A DNA stretch of 64,000 nt from Octopus sinensis (taxonomy: Eukaryota). Positions 35,440-49,177 of the stretch are shown one piece after another. The position numbers were made by a program, and so were the translations under genes. The stretch covers positions 20,211,360 to 20,275,359 of the forward strand of contig NC_043019.1 of assembly GCF_006345805.1 (NCBI RefSeq), written 5' to 3'. Position 1 is the first letter of the stretch, and each line of letters starts with the position of its first letter. Below the pieces are notes generated by a model, which worked only from the letters and a program-made list of their open reading frames with translations, was not told the origin of the DNA and made no database searches.

Positions 35440-37002
35440 TGTATGTATATTTGTGTGTGTGTGTATATGTGTGTCACATTTGTCCTAGACCACCTCTTGA
35501 CCACAATTTTGGTTTGTTTATGTCCCTGTGATTTTGCAACTTGGCAAATATGAGACCAATGGAATAGGCATCAGACTTAAAATCATAAGCCCTGGGGATC
35601 AATCTATCCATCTAAAACTTTTCAGGATGGCGCCACTGCATGCTGCAGTTGAATGGCTAAAATAAGAATAAAGATCCTTCCCATGTCATATGAACTCACA
35701 GGGCGGTTTTCCTAATCTCTTTGGGATATATCTTCCCCAACTCCTGGATGGGACCCCAGTCTGTCACACGATTACTCATATTTGCAAGCTGGCGAGCTGG
35801 CAGAATCGTTAAGCACGCCGGGCGAAATGCTTAGCTATATTTCGTCTGCTGTTACGTCCTGAGTTTAAATTCCGCCGAGGTCGACTTTGCCTTTCATCCT
35901 TTCGGGGTCGATAAATTAAGTACCAGTTGCGCACTGGGGTCGATGTAATCGACTTAATCCGTTTGTCTGTCCTTGTTTGTCCCCTCTGTGTTTAGCCCCT
36001 TGTGGGTAGTAAAGAAATAGGTATTTCGTCTGCCGCTACGTTCTGAGTTCAAATTCCGCCGAGGTCGACTTTGCCTTTCATCCTTTCGGGGTCGATAAAT
36101 TAAGTGCCAGTTGCGCACTGGGGTCGATGTAATCGACTTAATCCGTTTGTCGCTCCTTGTTTGTCCCCTGTGTTTAGCCCCTTGTGGGTAGTAAAGAAAT
36201 AGGTGTTTCGTCTGCCGTTACATTCTGAGTTCAAATTCCGCCGAGGTCGACTTTGCCTTTCATCCTTTCGGGGTCGATAAATTAAGTACCAGTTGCGCAC
36301 TGGGGTCGATGTAATCGACTTAATACCTATGTCTGTCCTTGTTTGTCCCTTCTATGTTTAGCCCCTTGTGGGTAATAAAGAAATAGAGGTAAATAAATAC
36401 TTTCACATCCTACAGTATGCCGATATAACAACAAATTTGTATCGTCACAACTGTTGACTCCGACATTTCATAATATTGTGTACCTAATCAATCTTACTTG
36501 TTACAGCGATAAAACTGTAAACATGTAAAACTACATGAATAAGCTAAGATTTGCAAAATTCCGGTTTCTTTTCGGTACCCCCGAGCATACTGAGGGCGAA
36601 ATGTTAAGTCGACAACGATGGTGGTTGGAGTCATTTACCTTCACAGTGTCGATAGAGAATAAAGCAATAAGCAGAGATGTAGAGAAAGACAGAGATAAGT
36701 AGAATGATGGAAGGACGATGGTGGTGACGGAGAGGTCGTATTCTGCGTACAGGAAGGGGAGTAGTTATGCAATATAGAAAGGCAGGAAAGGAAAGGAAAG
36801 GAAAGGAAACGAGTAATACAAAAGAGGAGGAGTGAAAGATTGAAATGGACAGAAGAACAATAAACAAAGAAAGAGAAAGAGAGAGAGAAAGAGGGAGAGA
36901 GAAAGAGAAAGAGGGAGAGATTGAAATGCTTCTGTGTAAAAGCGAAACAGGGAGAAGGGAGAGGACATGAATGTGGGGCAATAAGTTGCGCGTGCGCTTT
37001 TA

Positions 37003-37062
<60 letters not shown>

Positions 37063-37226
37063 CAGTGAGAGAGACAGATAGACAGACAGAGAGAAGAAAG
37101 AGAGAGAGAAAGAGGGAGAGAGAAAGAGAAAGAGAGAGATTGAAATGCTTGTGTAAAAGCGAAAGAGAGGGAGAAGGGAGAGGACATGAATATGGGGGAA
37201 ATAAGTTGCGCGTGCGCTTTTAATTT

Positions 37227-37259
<33 letters not shown>

Positions 37260-37548
37260 TGAGTGAGAGAGAGTGAGTGAGAGAGAGAGTGAGAGAGAGG
37301 GGGAGAGAGAGAGTGAGAGAGAGACAAAGAGAAGAAAGAGAGTGCGGGACACAAACACATAAAAATGTATTCGCATCACGAAGAGAGCTTTTAACCACAC
37401 AACCCTCAGAGTTGGGTTATGTGCCACAGGAAGGCGGTACGAATCTTCCGTGATGTGGATGAATTTATATCGAAGAGCAACGAGAAAAACTGTTTATGTT
37501 TATTTTTCAAAATGTTGAGAAATGATTTGTAAATTGTTGAGGGCGATC

Positions 37549-37630
37549 ATGACTCGGGGAACAGTTGTGCTTAAAGAAGTCACCCCTGGAAAAAGGTTTT
37601 TAATACGAACTGGCAGTATGCCTCGCATCG
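37549..37630 (+). CDS. Alpha-1,2-fucosyltransferase (GT11), coding exon 1
   Basis: ATG ACT CGG...CGC ATC G|gtaaga encodes 27 codons plus 1 nt (phase 1). This joins in frame to the acceptor at 41087 (G|CA = Ala). The internal ATG at 37618 is an alternative start. Confidence 0.7.
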
Positions 37631-37788
37631 GTAAGATCTTTTCTGCTTGTGTATAGATATAATTATACTACGCACACATATGTATATACCCATGCATGTT
37701 CATTATATATTTATGTATTTATATATTTATGTATTTATGTATTTATATATTTATGTATATATACGCGTGTGTAAACATACACATTATG

Positions 37789-37837
<49 letters not shown>

Positions 37838-37950
37838 ATATGTGTGTGTGTATGTATATGTGTATGTATGTATGTATGTATATATGTATGTATATATATA
37901 TGTATGTATATATGTATGTATGTATATGTATGTATATATGTATATATATA

Positions 37951-38027
37951 CAACAATTGCAGCGTGGAAGGTGTGTTTTTTTTGTGTTTCTTAAATGGCT
38001 TATAAACACCTTCCACGCTGCAATTGT
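37951..38027. repeat. Hairpin with 22-bp arms
   Basis: acaattgcagcgtggaaggtgt...acaccttccacgctgcaattgt. Confidence 0.9.
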
Positions 38028-38077
38028 TTTCGTTCCAGCGCACGATCCCAGATCAAGTCACTCGCTATGCAAGTACA

Positions 38078-38079
38078 TC

Positions 38080-38124
<45 letters not shown>

Positions 38125-38474
38125 AAGCTGAAGTTGTCTGTGTGTGGCAGGTTTGGTAGCCTTCAACTAACATTATCTCCTCCGAGACCCTGCGGCGCAA
38201 GTTGACCAAAATTGAGAGTATGATAGAAGAAGGCTTGTTAACACCATGTTAACACCAAAAATTATTTACATCAAAAAAGTGCTTTTTTTCTATGAAAATC
38301 CTTATTTTTTAACGATTTTTTGACTGCTGTGTTGGCATTTTTCGGTGTATTTCAACCAGAAAACTGTTCACTTAAAGAGAATAACAAGCTACATAATGCA
38401 AAATTTTTACTTTTCAAAAATTCCGATTCTAAAGGGTCGAAACAAACCCAAGCAACCCCAGGCGATACTGCTAG
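38078..38474 (+). mobile_element. Non-autonomous Helitron, second family
   Basis: A|TC(TA)n...ggcgatactgCTAG|T. Same 3' end as the first family, different interior. Confidence 0.7.
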
Positions 38475-38728
38475 TATATATATATGTGTGTAAAGATGTT
38501 TTCCTGGGGCTAAAACAGTAACAGTACTGCCACGTTATGTTGGTATATAAACATTACTATATATATGTAGATATTGAAAAAGAAAAAGGAAAGAACCGTG
38601 TGGGGTGCTTACACTTTACTTCTGGCACATACACCTATACATGCACACACATACATATATACAGTGACGGACTGGGCCTCAAAAATTTTGGTTGCTAGGA
38701 GACTAAGGCGGTCCACCCGCACCCGCAA

Positions 38729-39190
38729 TCTTTATATATAAAAGTGAAGTTGTGTGTCTGTCTCCTACGATTTAGATTCCTAACTATTCCCACATTTTGC
38801 GGTGATTCATATCGAGCCCTTCTGGGTATTAGCGCGCGTCTACGATGAGTCTACGATTTAAAAAAAATACTATCATTTTTTTTCCATTTTAATGCATTTT
38901 TTTCGCTATTATATAAGGGCAGTAACTCTAAAGATGTCTACGATGAGTCAACGATTTAAAAAGAAATTTACCATCATTTTTTTCCATTTTAATGCATTTT
39001 TTTCGCTATTATATAAGGGCAGTAACTCTAAAAATGTCTACGATGAGTCAACGATTTAAACAAAAATTTACCATAATTTTTTTCCCATTTTTAATGCATT
39101 TTTTTTGCTATTTTTTGGCTATAACTCTCTAAAAATGCTTATATAGTTGTTTCCCTTACAAACCCGAGCAACGCCGGGCGATACTGCTAG
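38729..39190 (+). mobile_element. Non-autonomous Helitron, same family, with three internal ~100-bp repeats
   Basis: A|TC...CTAG|T. Three ctacgatgagtc(t/a)acgatttaaa units. Confidence 0.85.
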
Positions 39191-39903
39191 TTGTTGATAT
39201 AACTTTAAAACAGATAAATTGTACTATTCACCCTGACAACCTTATGTTATTATTAGGAGATAAATAAAATTAGATTTTTTTTTAAGAAATGGCTTGACAA
39301 CGAGCGATAGTTCTTGAAACAAAATACTTTAACCCTCAATATATTTACGTATCATTCAGTTAAGGAGAAGAAATTACTGAGGTGCACTTTCAGACGCCCA
39401 CATAACTTTAATTTCCTCCGTTTTGACGAAAATTTTCCAATTTCAATTTTCACTCAGACCTTCGAGATAATGTGTTGGTGGCGATGGACTTTTTTTATGA
39501 AAAATTTATTTGAAAATTTATGATTTTTTTTCACCTCACCCCCATCCTCCCGGCCGATATTGCACTACGTACTTAAAAACCATGAGAGAAGCCTTTTCAG
39601 GGATCTTTTCGGTTTGAACGGCACTTTTTTTCTAGCGGTGTCATATGGAATTGTCACCCATAATTATGACCCCCTAGTATCGATCTCTTTTTACTCTTTT
39701 TACTTTTTTTTTTACTTATTTGACTGCGGCCATGCTGGAGCACCGCCTTCAGTCGAGCAAATCGACCCCGGGACTTATTCTTTGTAAGCCCAGTACTTAT
39801 TCTATCGGTCTCTTTTGCCGAACCGCTTTGTGACGGGGACGTCAACACACCAGCATCGGTTGTCAAGCAATGCTAGGGGGACAAACACAGACACACAAAC
39901 ATG

Positions 39904-39937
<34 letters not shown>

Positions 39938-40119
39938 CATATATACGACATATATGGCTCCAGTGTGGCTGCAGTTTAATGACTGAAATAAGTAAATGAT
40001 AAAAGATTAGATCTTTTTCACTTACATATAACTGGTTTCATCCATTCAGGTGTGGATTTATCAATATATATTGGGTTGGTGCATAATTATTGCAGCTTTT
40101 TTCCAACAAAAACAATAAC

Positions 40120-40262
40120 GTCCGACGTCTCCAGTGCGAGCGTGCCTCAAGGTTCAGTGCTTGGGCCCTTATTGTTCTTAGTCTTCATAAATGACTTGCC
40201 CGACGACTTCACGCAACACACCCTTCTATTTGCCGACGATGTCAAACTGGTCATTCCTCGCA
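40120..40262 (+). mobile_element. CR1-type RT fragment in the FUT intron
   Basis: SVPQGSVLGPLLFLVFINDLP...LLFADDVKL. Confidence 0.85.
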
Positions 40263-40667
40263 GTTGTCAAGCGATGTTGGAGGGACAAACACAGACACAC
40301 AAACATATATATATATATATACATATACACGACGGGCTTCTTTCAGTTTCCGTCTACCAAATCCACTCACAAGGCTTTGGTCGGCCTGAGGCTATAGTCG
40401 AAGTCACTTGCCCAACGTGCCACGCAGTGGGACTGAACCCGGAACCATGTGGCAAGCTACTTACCACACAGCCACTCCTGCGCCTATATGGATATTTTTG
40501 TTTTTTTTGTCCCACCCCCCCTTGATAACAAGTGTTCGTTCTTGTCTCTGGAACTTAGTGGTTTGTCAAAAGAAACTGATAAGTGGGGTCAAGTTGTTTG
40601 ACTAAAACCCATCAAGGCAGTGCTTCAGCATGGCTGCAGTTCAATGACTGAAACAAGTAAAAGATAG

Positions 40668-40984
40668 TTAACCCCTTACCCAACAATTATTTTGAAAATA
40701 AATGTATTTTTTCAGACATATTTTTTAATTGTTTTATTTTACTATGTTTTGAATGGTGATTTCGAGGTATATTTCAAACCTTATTTATTATGAATTTTAA
40801 TTCAATAATATTGATTTTAAATTACCGCTTTGGGCAGAAACGAGTTAACCCATTTTTAGACGAAGGATCTCGTTTGCTGTCGATTTTGGCGAATCTATCT
40901 TTTGACGAGTTAACTCGCCAGAGATAGAAAAAAAACGATTTCGGTCAAAACGCATATATTCGTTTCTGCCGGGTAAGGGGTTAA
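40668..40984. mobile_element. piggyBac-type MITE family 3, ending ~100 bp before the FUT acceptor
   Basis: TTAA|CCCCTTACCC...GGGTAAGGGG|TTAA. Confidence 0.78.
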
Positions 40985-41086
40985 AAAAAAAAAAGAATTT
41001 TAATAACATTTTTGAGTGGCAAAATTGATTTCCTAAAATTTTTTTTCCTTCTGTAAATCTAAATTCAAATTTTCTGTCTTTTCCAG

Positions 41087-42039
41087 CATTCCGTGTCAAA
41101 TTGCTAATTTTCTTCACCGTTTTCTTCCTTGGAGTGATTATATTACATTACCTGGACATCCTTGGTGTTATCCATACTATCAACTACTTAATGCACAGGC
41201 AACAAGATGACACTACAGTACTGTGCCCAAGATTTGCTGGTGGCCTCGGTAACCTAATGTTTCAGTATGCATCTGCTTACGGAATAGCAAAGAATAAAAA
41301 CATGACACTACTGGTTGATGCTGAGAGTGAACTCAACCAGTTGTTTAGCATATCGGGAGTGATACTGCCTCATGTTGCATGTTGGTTCTTAAAAACAATC
41401 ACTGATTCCAGATCCTGTGCCTTCAACAAAGACACCACGAATTTTTCTGCTGACCACAACTACCAGATGCAAGGTTACTTACAATCTTGGCAATATTTCC
41501 ATCATGTTGAGCCAGCTCTGCGCCGGATGTTCAAGTTTGAAGCTGCAGTCAGAGAAAAAGCAGAAAGCATTTTAAAACATGCTATTGAGGTTCACCAGAA
41601 GCAAGTCGGAAGTCAAGCTCTTACTTTTATAGCAATCCACATCCGTCGAGGTGACATAACAACAGACCGTCTTAAGAACTATGGCTATAATACAGCTTCA
41701 CTGGATTATATCCGAAGAGCAATGCAGTACTTTAGTGAACGTTATCACAGAATCCTCTTCTTCGTCTGCACCAATGACATGGAGTGGGCTAAGAGGTACT
41801 TGTATAGCAAGAACATTTACTTTGTAGAGAACCAAACACGAGAGGTGGACTTGGCATTGATGGCCAGCTGCAACCACACAATCATGACAGTTGGCTCCTT
41901 TGGTTGGTGGGCAGCATGGTTAGCCAATGGGGAAGTAGTTTATTACAGATACCCAGCTTCCCGGGGATCAGTACTGCGCAAGGCCTTCAGCAAAGAAATG
42001 ACTGATTATTTTTACCCCAAATGGAAACCAATGTTGTGA
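41087..42039 (+). CDS. Alpha-1,2-fucosyltransferase (GT11, FUT1/FUT2-like), coding exon 2
   Basis: Acceptor tttctgtcttttccag|. Type II TM segment (LLIFFTVFFLGVIILHYL) and GT11 motifs GGLGNLMFQYAS, IAIHIRRGD, DLALMASCNHTIMTVGSFGWWAAWL. Stop TGA ends at 42039. Confidence 0.93.
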
Positions 42040-43072
42040 ACTCCAATCCCCCACCACCCCAGTGCACACTCACATTGGATAAGGCTTTCCATTTTTTTTT
42101 TTACAAATGTTATTTTTACCAACGTATTGCTCATGTTTTCTTCACAGCACAACTCTATTCAATAGATTATAAATGGCAAATTTAACATTATTATTATTAT
42201 TATTAAGGCAGTGAGTTTGCAGAATCCTTAGCACATCAGGCAAAATTCTAAGTGGCATTTCATTCATCCTTACGTTCCGAGTTCATATTCTGCCAAGATC
42301 GACTTTGCCTTTCATCCTTTCAGGGTCAATATAATAATAATAATCATCATCATCATCATCGTTTAACGTACGTTCTCCATGCTAGCATGGGTTGGACGGT
42401 TCGACCGGGGATCTGGGAAGCCAGAAGGCTGCACCAGGCTCCAGTCTTATCTGGCAATGTTTCTACAGCTGGATGCCCTTCCTAACGCCAACCACTCCGT
42501 GAGTGTAGTGGGTGCTTTTTACGTGCCACCTGCACAGGTGCCAGGCGAGGCTGGCAACGGCCACGGTCGGATTGGTGTATTTTACATGCCACCAGCACGG
42601 AAGCCAGTCGAGGCGGCGCTGGCATCGGTCACGAGTCAGATAGTGCTTTTTACGTACCACCAGACCAGGGATCCTGGCTGGTTCAATTCGATTTCGATTT
42701 CGCAAGCAAAGGGGGTTGGCATGGGTGCCTGTCGTCGGATGAGGTTCTATATCGACTTCGCTTGCCTCAACAGGTCTTTGTGTCCAAGGGAGGAAAGGCA
42801 TTCATAAGTGGGCTGGGCTCACTTATTGTATACAGTGCTCAGGTGCATCACAACTTGTCAGAAAGTGCATATAAAGTACATGCAGTAATGTAAAAATGTC
42901 TGGAAAGCGAACAATGTATGAGTCAGATACATGCTTGTGTGTGTATGGAGGGGAGAAAATCAGGTGTAGTGTTGGCGAATCTCAGAACGCATGGAAGTTT
43001 TAATAAGTAACATAAAGAGAAATAAAATACCACAAAGCATTGTGGCTAACGATTCTACCAGCTTTCTGCATC

Positions 43073-43107
<35 letters not shown>

Positions 43108-44149
43108 TATAATAAACAAATTTGCTAAAAGTTTCTAAAAATTAAAGTTATGAAAGGTCATATGGGGTGATTAAACCAGAATTCTGCCATCACATTTCTC
43201 CCACCAAACAGGTGCTATAAGGTTAACTATCACTCTTCTGTGAAGCATGACAATCATCACTTCACAGATACTTTTTCCTTTTACTGAGGGAATTCATTAC
43301 AGATACATCCCGTACAACATATCGTGTAAGTTCATCACTGTTGAAACAAGACAATCACCGGGTCAACATGAACCTGGTATATTACCATGCTGCTGTGGAC
43401 AAGAATGACTGACACCACACCACACGGAAATCATAAAATCCAATAAAAAGATTGTTACAAAAAGCTAACGTTTATTTTTATTTAGCCCCAGGTCGGCTAT
43501 GATCCAGTTGATCTCGGATCAATCATTCCACTTATGCTGACATACTTTTTTTATTTTGCAGATGCAGTGAGACATTATCCAATTGCCCCTTTTCCCTTCT
43601 TTTTAAAGCCAAGTGGGATTTAGTCGCTATTTCTAACCTTGTTTTTTTTTTCCAGTTGCTTCGTCTCTACGACCATTTTACATAATCTTGTTCCTTTTTA
43701 AGACACTACGATGTGATTTTATTTCAGCATGGAATATTTTCAAGGGAGATAATCCATTCAGCAATTTAATACCACCAAAACATGGTTATCACGACGACCA
43801 CAATTTGATAGTAGTCGTTACTCAATGCAAACCTGGGGTTAAACAGCCATATATTCAGACAGATATGTACTCAGATACAGGGGTAGAAAAGTTGACTCTA
43901 CATTATCACCCTAGTTACTAGAAATAGCAGCCAAATCTCAACCAGTTAGCATTCAGTTAATCATGCATCATCTCATAGCTTTGAGATTTGAATGGCATAA
44001 TTGTTTATTTTTAGAATGACCTTGAATATTTGAGCCTGATACAGCTGGTGTAATTGATAAAGAAGTTCCCAACTTTTTCTTAAACAAGAATTCCTTGGAT
44101 CCCTTATTGACAAGTCGTGCTTTTGAATTAAAGGTACAATGCATTTGAT

Positions 44150-44640
44150 GGCCTATACCAGACAAGGGATCGGGGGACCCTCTCGAAGGCTTTCTCCATG
44201 TCAACAAAACCCAGGTACAGAGGTTTATCTCTGGCTAGGTATTTCTCCTGCAGCTGTCTTACCAGAAATATAGCATCAGTGGTGCTTTTCCCTGGCATGA
44301 ACCCAAACTGCATCTCATCTAAACTGACTCTCTCCCTAATTAGTTGGGCTATGACCCTCTCCATGACCTTTGTTACCTGATCCAACAACTTCATACCTCT
44401 AATTATTTGTATCTAAAGCGTCACCTTTACCTTTGTAGCAGTTGACTATGGTGCTGCTACACCAGTCATTGGTTATGACTCCTTCATGTATCACCTGGCT
44501 AACTATACGGGTGACTAGGCTATAGCCGACACTGCCAGATATTTTGAGCACCTCTGCAGTAATTCCTGATGGGCCGGGGGCTTTCCCTGCCTTCATACTC
44601 TTGATTGCTTTATCTACCAAGGTACTGTCAAATGAGACTG
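44150..44640 (-). mobile_element. RTE (BovB-like) RT fragment
   Basis: KAGKAPGPSGITAE...KGKGD...YRGMKLL...QFGFMPGKSTTDAIF...FVDMEKAF, with a frameshift. Confidence 0.88.
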
Positions 44641-44940
44641 AAAGGGAGACCACATGGTTGAGAAGCAATCTTGTTACCCACACAGCTAGAAAAGCCTTCA
44701 ACCGACTCAGGTCAAGATCCGAGATCCAACACACCACCAAAGTACGAACGATTCTCCTTTATGGCAGCAAGTCATGGCCAGTGAGGGTGGAAGATATTAA
44801 GCGACTAGAATCCTTCGATCACCTCCGTGGCCCCAAATCGCCAGGCCTTGTTGGCGTTTGTGAGAGATGCAGCATTGAGGATGAATGAAGCCAGCTCAAC
44901 CCACCCCATGTGAATGCTGTCTCAAGGCAAGTCAAAGTCC
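44640..44940 (+). mobile_element. 3' fragment of the same RTE family as 2985-4900; another tail at ~51095-51152
   Basis: VRTILLYGSKSWPVRVEDIKRLESFDH and the tail gaagccagctcaaccc...caagtc/caagta. Confidence 0.7.
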
Positions 44941-45992
44941 ACACAGCTATGCCTGCACATGTTTGCAGTGCCTAGTGTGTGTGTGGGTAACAAGATTGCT
45001 TCTCAACTATGTGATCTCCTGTTCAGTCCCATAGAACACCTTGGGCAAGTGTCTTCTATTATAGCCATGGGCCAACTAAACCTTCATCATCATCATCGTT
45101 TAGTGTCCGCTTTCCATGCTAGCATGGGTTGGACGGTTCAACTGGGGTCTGGAAAGCCAGAAGGCTGCACCAGGACCAGTCTGATCTGGCAATGTTTCTA
45201 CGGCTGGATGCCCTTCCTAACGCCAACCACTCCGTGAGTGTAGTGGGTGCTTTTTACGTGCCACCTGCACAGGTGCCAGACAGCTAGCAAACGGCCACGA
45301 ACGGATGGTGCTTTTATGTGCCACCGGCACGGGGGCCAGGCGAGGCTGGCAACGGACACGAACGGATGGTGCTTTTTACAAGCGTGAGTGGTTATGTTAG
45401 ATGAAAACTATGTAGAAGCCCATATCCTATGTATATGTGGGTCTGTACCCCATTCCCCTTCACAACCAGTATACTAACAAAAGGGGTTAAAGTGACCTAA
45501 ATTAAAACCTTACATCAAGGAGTTCTGAACATGAACTTAATGACAAAATTATTTTTTATTAAAATCTTCAGTATGAAACAAAGGCAGAGTATTTCAAAAG
45601 AAATGTGGCAACAAAAAAAAAAAAGGATTAAAAGGATTGAAGAAAAAATTTATTTTACAACCAGAAGAATAAAACAAACGAACTTGAAGTTATAATTGTG
45701 GTCCTACAACAAAGATTGAAAAATCAGTTCATGTCCAGTTGGTGGTGATTGTAATAAACCAGTGAGTGCACAGGGCCACATGGTGGGGAGAGGGTGATGA
45801 TACAACAGCAACAAACTCAGGATACCACAGGTAAATACCATAAACACTTAGGTCTTCATGTAGAGAACAGTGGTGGCAGTAGTAGTCTATACATGCTACA
45901 AAGACAGATCCTGCATTCAGTTGGTAGAAGCATTTGCGGCAACCCCATGTGCTGCAGAAAAGCTCCAAAACACCTAGCTCCAACATAGCAGT

Positions 45993-46140
45993 TTATTGTT
46001 GATTGTAATTAGTTTGGCATTTATAGACAAGGAACGACATTGATCCTGTATACTTGGTGGCCAACAACATCCCCTCAGGAGTTGGATCAGAGAAAGCCAG
46101 TTTGTTTTTTGGCACGGGTACACCGTATTGGAACCAGTGT
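45993..46140 (-). CDS. ESCO2: ESCO terminal coding exon
   Basis: ttttatttcag|A HWFQYGVPVPKNKLAFSDPTPEGMLLATKYTGSMSFLVYKCQTNYNQQ*. The nine exons total 1870 nt = 1 + 623 codons. Confidence 0.95.
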
Positions 46141-48181
46141 CTGAAATAAAAAAAGAAAACAATTCAATGAGTATCTTGAGGCTGTATTCATGAGTGCTGG
46201 AAAGCCAGAGGCTGAATTAGATGCTAGAGTTGCAGGTTCTGACACAGTAAGCACCAGCTTGCAATGTTCAGTTCAGTTTTCAAGACCTAGAGTCATTAAA
46301 TATTGGAGAATTACCAACAGGCGTAGGAGTGGCTGTGTGGTAAGTAGCTTGCTAACCAACCACATGGTTCCGGGTTCAGTCCCACTGCGTGACATCTTGG
46401 GCAAGTGTCTTCTGCCATAGCCCCGGGCCGACCAATGCCTTGTGAGTGGATTTGGTAGACGGAAACTGAAAGAAGCCTGTCGTATATATATGTATGTGTT
46501 TGTCCCCCTAGCATTGCTTGACAACTGATGCTGGTGTGTTTATGTCCCCGTTACTTAATGGTTCGGCAAAAGAGACCGATAGAATAAGTACTGGGCTTAC
46601 AAAAAGAGTAAGTCCCAGGGTAGAGTTGCTCGATTAAAGGCGGTGCTCCAGCATGGCCGCAGTCAAATGACTGAAACAAGTAAAAGAGAGAGTATGATTA
46701 CGCAAACAAGTGCATGAAATGGGATTTCTCTGAAGTATCTCACCAAATTTTAGTCTTTGCGCCTATAAGGCAGCAAGCAGGCAGAATTATTTGTGCGTAT
46801 CAAGCAAAATGCCTAACAGCATTGTGACCAAGTCTAGCCAAGGTCAACTTTGCCTTTCATCCTTTCAGGGTCGATAAAATAAAGCGCCAGAGAAGTGGAT
46901 GGAAGCACTCCATCGGTTACGATGACGAGGGTTCCGGTTGATCCAAATCAACGGAACAGCCTGCTCGTGAAATTAACGTGTAAGTGGCTGAGCACTCCAC
47001 AGACACGTGTACCCTTAACGTAGTTCTCGGGGATATTCAGCGTGACACAGAGTGACAAGGCCGGCCCCTTGAAATACAGGTACAACAGAAACAGGAAGTA
47101 AGAGTGAGAGAAAGTTGTGGTGAAAGAGTACAGCAGGGATCACCACCATCCCCTGCCGGAGCGTCGTGGAGCTTTTAGGTGTTTTCGCTCAATAAACACT
47201 CACAACGCCCGGTCTGGGAATCGAAACCGCGAGTCCGCTGCCCCAACCATTGGGCCATTGCGCCTCCGCCAGAGAAGTACTGGGGGGTTGATGTAATTGA
47301 CTCACCCACTAAAATCGTTGGCCTTGTATCAAAATTAGAAAGAACTGTTAAGATGGCAGGCTGGCTGGCAAAATTGCTTGCACAGTGGATTTACATTGTC
47401 GTTTCATCCCTTTGGGATCGTTAACATTAATAAGGCACAGGGCAGGTAGAAATGTTAGCTTGCCAAACAAAAGTCATTGCAGCATTTTGTCCTCCTTTAT
47501 GCTCAGAATTTAACCCTTTAGTGTTCAGACTCTTCTCTCAAATGTGATGTTTGTTTATTTATATTGTTTTGAATTAATCATGCATTATCTTGTAGTTTAG
47601 AGATTTCAGTGATGTGGTTTTTTTCAGTTTTAGAATGACATGGTAGGGCTGAGGTGAGAGACAAGATCTGGTCAGTTTCAATATAAAACAGGTTAAATAT
47701 TCTGGCCGGATACGGCCGGTTTGAATGCTAAAGGGTTAAATTCTGTCAAGGATGACTTTGCTTTTCAATATGTAAAGAATCTTTGTAGGAGACCTATCCA
47801 TCCACAGTAAGTAACAGATTTTGATGTGATTGCCAATTATTAGTATAACATTGCAAGGTAAGTGTGAGAGGCTAGATCTGGCTAGTTTAAACACGAGAAC
47901 GAGAATATTTGGGCAGGATATGGCCAAAAGTATTCTGCCTGTTTTATGTTCGAACTGGCCAGATCTGGTCTCTCAGACCAACCCTACAACATCTTTTAAA
48001 AAATTAACTGCTACCTCATCAAAATCTCATAGCTACAAGATAATGCCTGATTAATTCAAAACAACGTGGATAAAAAAGCATTAATTTTGGCAGAATAATG
48101 CGAACACCAAAGGGTTAAATACTAATGGTTAAACAGAAGAATATTCTATTTCCAGCTTTTGGTTATGTCACCATTACTCAC

Positions 48182-48360
48182 CGTACACAGTCAAGCAGTT
48201 TACTAGCAATACTAGTCCGTCGGCTCGGACCGTACACCCAGATTTTACTGATTCCAATGGGACAGGCTTCTGGCTCAGTGCGGCAGCAACAGGGCCGACG
48301 CCCCTGCTTCATCTGGGTTTGACTCTGCTCGTTGGGACTATTTGGTACAACTCGAAAACC
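48182..48360 (-). CDS. ESCO2: ESCO exon, acetyl-CoA binding motif
   Basis: tctgttgccag|GFRVV...CCCRTEPEACPIGISKIWVYGPSRRTSIASKLLDCV CG|gtgagt. Confidence 0.95.
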
Positions 48361-49177
48361 CTGGCAACAGAAAAAGAAAAAGAAAAAAAAAGATCCAACT
48401 TCATTACTTTTACCAACATTCAGACGGAAACTGAAAGAAGCCTGTCGTATATATGTATATATATATATAAGTGTGTGTGTATATGTTTGTGTGTCTGAGT
48501 TTGTCCCCCCAGCATTGCTTGACAACCGATGCTGGTGTGTTTACATCCCCATCACTTAGCGGTTCGGCAAAAGAGACCGATAGAATAAGTACTGGGCTTA
48601 CAAAGAATAAGTCCCGGGGTCGATTTGCTCGACTAAAGGCGGTGCTCCAGCATGGCTGCAGTCAAATGACTGAAACAAGTAAAAGAGTATTACCACTTTC
48701 AAGAAAGAAGCAGCTCCTTTTATGGAGCTTTGCTGAGAACCACAGGAATAAAAGAACAAATAATATAAACCTGTGTTTATTGCATTTTCTCCTATACACA
48801 CGCTTTTTAGACCGAACACTAGTCACAGCAATGCCAACTGCACCACTAATGGGAAAAGAGAGTGAGTGGGAGAATAGCCTAAAAATATATCATGACTCCC
48901 TCTCATTCCCTACAAAACTTCCTTAACCCTTTCGTTACCAACCTGGCTGAAACTGGCTCTGGCTCTGAGTACAAATGTCTTGTTTTCATAAGTTTTGAAT
49001 TAAAATCTTCCACCAAACCTTAGTCGAAATTTATGTTCCTAAAACCAGCTGAATGATAACCAAGTTATTTTACTAAATTCTTTGTTATATTTGAAGTAAT
49101 TGAAAGAAACACAGAACATCTCAAAAAATAAATACAGTAATGAAAGGGTTAACACACACACTGATCCTCTGACATAC

